Shown: positions 57,876 through 64,000 of the stretch, one piece after another
Layout: every line of letters starts with the position of its first letter
Position numbering within the stretch: position 1 is the first letter of the stretch
Source: Minisyncoccota bacterium
GTDB taxonomy: Bacteria; Patescibacteriota; Minisyncoccia; Phycocordibacterales; JBAYLF01
Direction: 5' to 3'
Assembly: GCA_041664205.1 (NCBI GenBank)
Contig: JBAYLF010000003.1
Span: forward strand, 7,349-71,348
DNA: 64,000 bases
Position numbers and translations under genes: made by a program
Notes under the pieces: model-generated
What the model was told of the DNA's origin: nothing
The model's input: the letters and a program-made list of their open reading frames with translations, nothing else
The model's database searches: none

Positions 57876-57912
57876 AAAATAACTAACGAAAATTAGTTTT
57901 TTAAGGAATAAT

Positions 57913-57951
57913 AAAAAACCGGCGCATTGTTTTTACACAATGCGCCGGTTT
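57913..57951. terminator. Bidirectional terminator (thrS / small peptide)
   Basis: AAACCGGCGCATTGT..ACAATGCGCCGGTTT. Confidence 0.8.
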
Positions 57952-57979
57952 ATGTCTGTAGGTTACAAACGACTATCAG

Positions 57980-58051
57980 TTACAAATGATATAAACAAGT
58001 AAATAGCATGACTATAATACCAACTAGCATAATAATCCAAACAATTTCCAT
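57980..58051 (-). CDS. 23-aa hydrophobic peptide MEIVWIIMLVGIIVMLFTCLYHL
   Basis: SD-like GAAAGGT shortly before ATG; lies alone between terminators 58166-58195 and 57913-57951. Confidence 0.5.
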   Translation of the reverse strand: MEIVWIIMLVGIIVMLFTCLYHL

Positions 58052-58165
58052 ATAATTACCTTTCAGTTTTTTGTTTTAACTGTGAACCTAGTTTCTTTTA
58101 AAGGAACTCGATTACCTTTATGTTGTATCAGATTATGAAGTTTTATCAAACATTTTGAATAAAAG

Positions 58166-58195
58166 AAAAAACCGCCATTTCAATGGCGGTTTTTT
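58166..58195 (-). terminator. Terminator of the sortase-substrate gene
   Basis: AAAAAACCGCCATT-TC-AATGGCGGTTTTTT. Confidence 0.8.
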
Positions 58196-58207
58196 ATTTA
58201 TTAAATT

Positions 58208-59833
58208 TTATTCTCTGTTCTCTTTATTATAAGAGATCTTTTCCCAAACTGAGTTGAATATAGGTGTAGCATTTTTTGTAGGAACTTCACCAATATTTGT
58301 AGCGAGTGTATTTTTACCTACTTTCTTTCGATAAATTACATAAGCTATAATTGCGCTCCATAAAGCCAACATTGCCATAAACAATCCTGTCTTTATATTA
58401 TCTTCCAATCCTGTATAAGGAACTTGGCTTAATGAAACGAATTGGGATGAAGATGGTTGCTGATACAATACAGTGCTTTGATTAGTATTGATGTTTGTAT
58501 AGCATGTTCTAGTAATTGATTGATTTCCGGAAGTTATAACTAGAGTTGCAGTTTTAGTTCCGTAGGTTGGATAACTTTTAGTTATTGATGAACCACTGCC
58601 AGATAAGTTGTCAGTTCCATACCAGTAGTAACTATAGTTTCCAGCTCCACCATATGCTGCTGCGTTCCAAGTTACATTTTCATTAATATTTGGATTTGAA
58701 TTTGATGCAGAGCATGAACCGTTTAAAGTTTGATCAGTGTAATACTGTTGCTGAACATAAACTGAACATGTTCTTGTAACAGTTTGATTTCCATCGCTGA
58801 TAGTTAAAGTAGCATTCTTTGTTCCATATGTTCCATATTGTTTACTTAATGAAGATCCATATCCATAAAGACTATCGTCACCACTCCAGTAATAAGTATA
58901 GTTGCCTGTGCCTCCAGAAGCAGAACCATTCCAAACAACAGTATTGCCAACATTTACTGTAAATGGATTTGCATAACAACTTGCTTGAAGCAATGATGGT
59001 AATGGTGTTGGTGCAGGGTTTACATAATTTGGAGTATTAAATGCAAGAACAATGCTTGCGTTAGAATTATTATTGTTAGTGTTTGTTGGATTGTTTGCTA
59101 CAACAACATTATTATTATTTGTAGCAACGGCTGTTGTATTACCTCCTGTAGTTCTATTTGTTACAACATTGCTTCCACCGTTAGAATTTCTAGAGTTTGA
59201 ATAGTTAGATAAGAAAGGAAGACTTATAGAACCTGTTGAATAATAAGGTTGGGAGTAAGAAGAGCTACAAGAACTACAATACTGATCGTTAAAGTCATCG
59301 TAATAAGAATCAAAATCGTAAGAATATCCAGAACCATAGGAATCATAGCCGTAATCGCTATAGTCTGTATATCCATAATCGCTGTAATCAGTATAACCAG
59401 TGTAATCTCCATAGTCGCTGTAATCTGTGTAACCATACTGACTGTTTAGATTGTCATAGTAAGAACTAAGATCGTCTGAATAATTACTATAATCTGTGTA
59501 GACAGAATTATCATAATTACTGTAATCGGTATAACCGCTGTAGTCACTATAGTCTGTGTATCCGCCATAGTCGCTATAATCTGTATAACCTCCGTAGTCG
59601 CTATAGTCAGAATATCCACTGTAGTCACTGTAATCTGTGTAACTACCATAATCACTGTAATCAGAATAGCCACCATAATCGCTATAATCTGTATAACCTC
59701 CGTAGTAGCTGTAATCGTAATACTCTTGAGCGTTTACTGTATTAGATGACGCCGCAAAAATAATTACTAACCCCAGCACAAAAACGGTTTTTAAAAACTC
59801 ATTATTAAAATTTTTCTTAAATATTTTATTCAT
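58208..59833 (-). CDS. Sortase-anchored surface protein: signal peptide, Asp/Tyr/Ser/Gly repeat, Asn-rich linker, 2 PKD-like domains, VPYTG + TM + basic tail
   Basis: (T/S)DYSDY(G/S)GY repeats; two Cys-bracketed WxxxAxGGxGNYxYxW modules; VPYTG (58409-58423) then GLFMAMLALWSAIIAYVIY-RKK; next to a sortase gene. Confidence 0.85.
   Translation of the reverse strand: MNKIFKKNFNNEFLKTVFVLGLVIIFAASSNTVNAQEYYDYSYYGGYTDYSDYGGYSDYSDYGSYTDYSDYSGYSDYSDYGGYTDYSDYGGYTDYSDYSGYTDYSNYDNSVYTDYSNYSDDLSSYYDNLNSQYGYTDYSDYGDYTGYTDYSDYGYTDYSDYGYDSYGSGYSYDFDSYYDDFNDQYCSSCSSSYSQPYYSTGSISLPFLSNYSNSRNSNGGSNVVTNRTTGGNTTAVATNNNNVVVANNPTNTNNNNSNASIVLAFNTPNYVNPAPTPLPSLLQASCYANPFTVNVGNTVVWNGSASGGTGNYTYYWSGDDSLYGYGSSLSKQYGTYGTKNATLTISDGNQTVTRTCSVYVQQQYYTDQTLNGSCSASNSNPNINENVTWNAAAYGGAGNYSYYWYGTDNLSGSGSSITKSYPTYGTKTATLVITSGNQSITRTCYTNINTNQSTVLYQQPSSSQFVSLSQVPYTGLEDNIKTGLFMAMLALWSAIIAYVIYRKKVGKNTLATNIGEVPTKNATPIFNSVWEKISYNKENRE
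59520..59710 (-). repeat. 27-bp-unit coding tandem repeat (about 7 copies of xDYSDYxGY)
   Basis: TDYSDYGGY SDYSDYGSY TDYSDYSGY SDYSDYGGY TDYSDYGGY TDYSDYSGY TDYSNY. Confidence 0.85.
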
Positions 59834-59920
59834 AAAAATGATTTAAATTCCTTATAATTCTTCCCGCTAATTTCTTAAAATACTACACCACTTTGCAAAA
59901 AAAGTCAATAGCGACGCTCT

Positions 59921-60571
59921 TTAGTTTGATTTCCCCACAAAATCAGCTTCTATAACATATCTTTCCTGCTTTTCTCCGAAAGTATTGCATGTTGAAAGCG
60001 TAAGCATTGCATTTCTAGGTGTTAGATCGACAAAAGCCTTATTAGAATCAACCAGGGAAACATCTCTTACTTTATATAAATAAAGCTTACTATCCGAATA
60101 TATCTTTATTTCACCACCACTTTTTAGATTTTTTAAGTTATTAAAAGTTTTATAAGCTTGATTATTAACAACTTTAATTCCAGTTGAGTGGCCAAAAATA
60201 AACATATTACCTTCCCCAACATATCCTGATCCAGGATATCGAACTGCTCCTTTTTTCAATTCTTCATCAAGGTAGCTTATATCCTCTTGTATCGGATTTG
60301 AAACATAAGAGTCAATTCCAATAGATTCTATAACAATACGCGTAGGCAATGATTTTGGAATAGGGGTATTTGTTTGACTTCTATCTGATAGATTACTTGA
60401 ACTATCGCTTATACTCTCAAAATTAAGAGATATTGGAACAAATCCGAGCATATAAAGAATAACAAAAGAGCTGAGAAAAACCAGATTAAAAATAATAGCA
60501 AAACCAAAAGTATGCCAAGAAAAAAATTCCTCCTTAAATAGATTAAATATGCTTTTATTCTCAGTATTCAT
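59921..60571 (-). CDS. Sortase
   Basis: N-terminal TM, FGHS (His), LTLSTC (Cys), ERY (Arg) catalytic triad. Confidence 0.9.
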   Translation of the reverse strand: MNTENKSIFNLFKEEFFSWHTFGFAIIFNLVFLSSFVILYMLGFVPISLNFESISDSSSNLSDRSQTNTPIPKSLPTRIVIESIGIDSYVSNPIQEDISYLDEELKKGAVRYPGSGYVGEGNMFIFGHSTGIKVVNNQAYKTFNNLKNLKSGGEIKIYSDSKLYLYKVRDVSLVDSNKAFVDLTPRNAMLTLSTCNTFGEKQERYVIEADFVGKSN

Positions 60572-60696
60572 ATGTCGTGATTATACATTATATTTACATT
60601 TAAGTCAATACGAGCACGACAAGCTTTGTTTATCTTTATTTGACAAAAAATCAATAATATACTATAATTTCTAACAATAAAACTAATTATTTCTTC

Positions 60697-62019
60697 ATGG
60701 AAAACAATAATTCAAACGAAAAAAGTCAGGCATTTAAAAGAACTTTGGTTCGATCTTTTGCAATATTAATAATGGCAGTGATCATTATTTTTGGTTGCTT
60801 AGCAATTGTAAGAATTGTTCCTATAGTTTTTAATTCTATTTCAGGAGCAAGCACTTCCCTATCTTCATTTTTTGGATCAAAAGAAAAAATAACTCTTTCA
60901 GTTGAACCTAACCAAATAAAATCAGGGGAAGTTTTTAGTTTATCTTTTACTCATTCAAACAAAAATAAAGACGGCGACTATTATTTAAGTTATGGATGCA
61001 AAAACGGAGTAAGATTAGAAAATCCTTCATTAAGTAAAAATGCTTTATTCTGCAATACTCCGATAAAGTTAGGCAATTTAATAAGCAACAAAATATCATT
61101 GAAAGGATTTTCTGTAAAAGAAAATTCTGAAATTCCTCTAACACTAAGCTTTATTCCTCAAGGAGAAAATAAAACTTCAGTCTCTAAAGACATATCAATA
61201 ACGATACTTAAGGGTAATGGCGTAAATGTTTCTTCAAAACAAAATACTAGCACTACTGCGCACAATAGCGGTCCTGCAAATCTTTCTGTGCGAATATTAA
61301 ACACTGGAGTAATCGATCAATATACAAATCAGTTCGTTGCAAGATCTTTTAATAATACAGATAAAGCGGCGATCCAATTCATAGTAGAAAATTCCGGCGG
61401 AGAACCAACGGGAATATGGAGTTTTAAAGCAACTCTTCCAAGCAACATAGGGCAAACTTATGAATCTCCTACTGAGCCTTCACTCGCTCCTGGAGATGGA
61501 ATTCGATTTACACTCGGATTCAACGGAATCGTAGATCAAAATCCTGCTGTTGTAACAATTACTATCAATTCAGACAATGCGGGTGCAAACAAAACAGCAA
61601 CAGCTGTATTGATCAGAAACAGTTCCAACAACACAGTAATCACAAATAATTATTATTCAGATCTAAGCATAAGAATCTTAGATACAGGAACTATCAATAG
61701 ATATACAGAGCAATATACTTCAAATTCATACATAACTAGTTCTGATAAAGCAGCAGTAAGATTTGAAGTTTCAAATCTTGGGGGGCAAAATACTGGAACA
61801 TGGAAATTTAACGCAAATATTCCAACCTCAAATAATCAAACTTATAGTTCTTCTTATCAAAATTCAATGGCACCAGGAGAAAAAAGGACTGTTATTTTTG
61901 GTTTTGATAATTTAATAAAAGGTTCGAGTAATATTTATATAAATCTAAATCCTGATAATACTGTAAACGAAACTAACCGATCAAATAACTCGGCACAAAC
62001 AACTTTGTTTGTTTACTAA
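60697..62019 (+). CDS. Membrane-anchored surface protein with two CARDB-like Ig domains
   Basis: N-terminal TM; two L(S)xRILxTG..AAxxFxVxNxGGxxTGxWxF..SxAPG repeats; VNETNRSNN. Confidence 0.8.
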   Translation: MENNNSNEKSQAFKRTLVRSFAILIMAVIIIFGCLAIVRIVPIVFNSISGASTSLSSFFGSKEKITLSVEPNQIKSGEVFSLSFTHSNKNKDGDYYLSYGCKNGVRLENPSLSKNALFCNTPIKLGNLISNKISLKGFSVKENSEIPLTLSFIPQGENKTSVSKDISITILKGNGVNVSSKQNTSTTAHNSGPANLSVRILNTGVIDQYTNQFVARSFNNTDKAAIQFIVENSGGEPTGIWSFKATLPSNIGQTYESPTEPSLAPGDGIRFTLGFNGIVDQNPAVVTITINSDNAGANKTATAVLIRNSSNNTVITNNYYSDLSIRILDTGTINRYTEQYTSNSYITSSDKAAVRFEVSNLGGQNTGTWKFNANIPTSNNQTYSSSYQNSMAPGEKRTVIFGFDNLIKGSSNIYINLNPDNTVNETNRSNNSAQTTLFVY

Positions 62020-62028
62020 TAATTTCAT

Positions 62029-62065
62029 AAAAAATCGCTCTGGTTAAAACCAGAGCGGATTTTTT
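62029..62065. terminator. Bidirectional terminator
   Basis: AAAAAATCGCTCTGGTT-AA-AACCAGAGCGGATTTTTT. Confidence 0.8.
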
Positions 62066-62081
62066 AGATATTCAATAAATC

Positions 62082-64000
62082 TTAAAATTCATTGATATTT
62101 ATTTTCACACAAGTTGGATATTTATGACTAACATCAACAATGGAACCGTTATAAAATGTTCCGCTAACACATGTTAATTTAACTCCACTACAAGTTTGAT
62201 TAGCCCCTACAGTTCGCGATGTATAAAATATTCTTGATTCTCCATCTGCAACTGTAACTCCACCCCTGGTGCAATTTTGTATACATGCATTATTTCGACA
62301 GCCGTATTCGCACTCTGTCCATAATGTATCTTCGCAAAGTTCATTTTTTTGATACAAATTTCCATCTTGGCAGAATTGATTATGACTACATGCACTTATT
62401 GTAGCGGGCAAGCATTTTCCATTTTCACAACCATAAAGACAATCTTGAACCTTTACTTCAACGCATTTGTCATTCTTTTTATAAACATCTCCATTCTTAC
62501 AAAAATTAGAGTGATCACAAGTTGGTATATTTACAGGACAGCTACCATCAGAAAGATGCTGTTGACCATCCTCACAAGGCACACAGAAAGGACTGTCTGG
62601 ATCAACACACTGACCTTCACATATTACATTTGGACCCAAACAAGCATCTGCAACATTAACCGATGGACATCGAATAGACACTGTCTGACCTCCAACTGCC
62701 TGATACTGACGATAAGATTTAGTAGGATCATTTAATGCTTGATTTATTGAAGAAACAGTTACTAACATTGTTTTGTTACCCACTTCATTATATACAATCG
62801 GTAGAAGCGAAGTAGTTTTAGAAATTGTTGAACTATTATATCTTTTATTAGCAACTGTGCCATAAGCAATATTTATTATTTGATTTTTAAGATTATTAGC
62901 CAATGCAACAAAATCAGAATCTGGGCTTGACCAAGAGTAAGCATAAGTATGACCATTATACGCCAAACCTCCGCTTGCCTGTGCACTCCATGTAACATCA
63001 CTACCCTTTACTATAGAATTTCTATCTGGGAAACATGCAACTGTAAGAGGAGGAATATATATTGCGGCATCAATATTAGCGCAACCTATACCCATACTAC
63101 CATTAAGATAAGTTACTATACTGCAAGTAACACCGCCGCCAAGCCAGCTATTACATTCTGTCAATAAAGTATTAATATTTATGTTTCCATTAGTATATTG
63201 CTGTAATGCGTAAGTAAAATTATTATCTATTCCTGTGCAACAACTAGTATGACCCGCAAGTCTAACAACAAAACCAGATGATTGTGTTCCGCCTGTAAGA
63301 TTTACTATAGATACTTTGCAAGCTGAACTTGTAACATTATTAAATGTAACTGTTGCTGTATATGTTCCATAGTTACTATAAGCCTTATGAACAGATACAT
63401 CACTATCGTAACTTCTAATTCCATCAAAAATCCACTTATATTGAGGATTTTTTACTTGTGGATCTGGGCTTACTGCCACTGTCCATTTTACATTAACTGG
63501 AAAAGTTGTTGTTCTAAAAATAGGAGCATCTGGACTGCAAGTTACAGTGACCGCATCAGTAGTTGCTGCCTCTGCCTTCCTCATAGTAATAAGTTTTTCA
63601 ACTGAAGCTAAAACTTTATCAAACAAAGTCGGTGATTTAATTGATACGGGCGATGTTGCCTTATTAGAACTTCTTATGATTGCCTCGTATGGAGCGTATC
63701 CTACAAGATTTGCTAATAAGCCATTTTTACCTTGGCTTATTGCATTGCTAATCATAGTAAGAGTAACAACATCAGCTGATTTCATTGCACCTTTAAGAGA
63801 TAAAACTGCTTCATCTTTTTTATTTTGTGCACTATATGAAGCGGCAGAGAAGAAATCTATCCTACTAGCTGTGCTGGCTCTTTCGTTATCCATGATTGTA
63901 TTATCGCTTGCTGCCAACTCTTTTGCTTTATCAAAAAACCTTAGTGCTTCTGTAAAATCTTTATTGTTAAAGTAAGCCATTCCCGCCCACTCATAAGCTA
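62082..64000 (-). CDS. Large Cys-rich surface protein (TPR-like, PKD-like, Cys-rich repeats), 5' end beyond the window
   Basis: Frame is open past ATG 63980 to the window edge (AYEWAGMAYF...); TPR-like AYFNNKDFTEALRFFDKA; two CxHxxFCxxGxxYxKNxxC..CxYGCxNxxC repeats. Confidence 0.75.
   Translation of the reverse strand, partial: AYEWAGMAYFNNKDFTEALRFFDKAKELAASDNTIMDNERASTASRIDFFSAASYSAQNKKDEAVLSLKGAMKSADVVTLTMISNAISQGKNGLLANLVGYAPYEAIIRSSNKATSPVSIKSPTLFDKVLASVEKLITMRKAEAATTDAVTVTCSPDAPIFRTTTFPVNVKWTVAVSPDPQVKNPQYKWIFDGIRSYDSDVSVHKAYSNYGTYTATVTFNNVTSSACKVSIVNLTGGTQSSGFVVRLAGHTSCCTGIDNNFTYALQQYTNGNININTLLTECNSWLGGGVTCSIVTYLNGSMGIGCANIDAAIYIPPLTVACFPDRNSIVKGSDVTWSAQASGGLAYNGHTYAYSWSSPDSDFVALANNLKNQIINIAYGTVANKRYNSSTISKTTSLLPIVYNEVGNKTMLVTVSSINQALNDPTKSYRQYQAVGGQTVSIRCPSVNVADACLGPNVICEGQCVDPDSPFCVPCEDGQQHLSDGSCPVNIPTCDHSNFCKNGDVYKKNDKCVEVKVQDCLYGCENGKCLPATISACSHNQFCQDGNLYQKNELCEDTLWTECEYGCRNNACIQNCTRGGVTVADGESRIFYTSRTVGANQTCSGVKLTCVSGTFYNGSIVDVSHKYPTCVKININEF

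Noticed and set aside
59520-59710. 27-bp periodic DNA as a CRISPR array
   Set aside because: In-frame coding repeat with synonymous variation and no unique spacers
1-64000. Alternative genetic code 25 (UGA=Gly, as in Gracilibacteria/Absconditabacteria)
   Set aside because: All conserved genes translate full-length under code 11 with no in-frame TGA

Overview
AT-rich bacterial chromosome segment (standard code 11). Its gene content and style fit a Patescibacteria/CPR (Parcubacteria-like) genome; this is inference from compact housekeeping genes, near-absent Shine-Dalgarno sites and typical hypothetical families. Core genes: pyrG, guaC, typA, hisS, thrS, rpoB-rpoC-dnaG-rpoD, trmD/khpA/rpsP, rnr, smc, rnc, nusB, rpmF, rnhB, dnaE and two TruB-family enzymes. 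Envelope genes: a MacAB-like exporter, DsbA, a sortase with its VPYTG substrate, and several large surface proteins. Self-contained promoter-ORF-terminator units of unknown function are interspersed. No rRNA, intact tRNA, CRISPR array, transposase or phage module was found. Most notable: (1) a family of ERIC-like palindromic elements, two sitting exactly between the -10 box and start codon of dnaE and rnr; (2) a G8 tract in the promoter spacer of a 1379-aa surface protein (possible phase variation); (3) two tandem paralogues with an identical 56-bp promoter and ssrA-like C-termini; (4) a 754-aa SMC with no visible hinge; (5) a sortase substrate with a Tyr-every-third-residue repeat; (6) an ORF-less promoter-hairpin-terminator unit (candidate sRNA); (7) three small hydrophobic ORFs missed by the ORF track.
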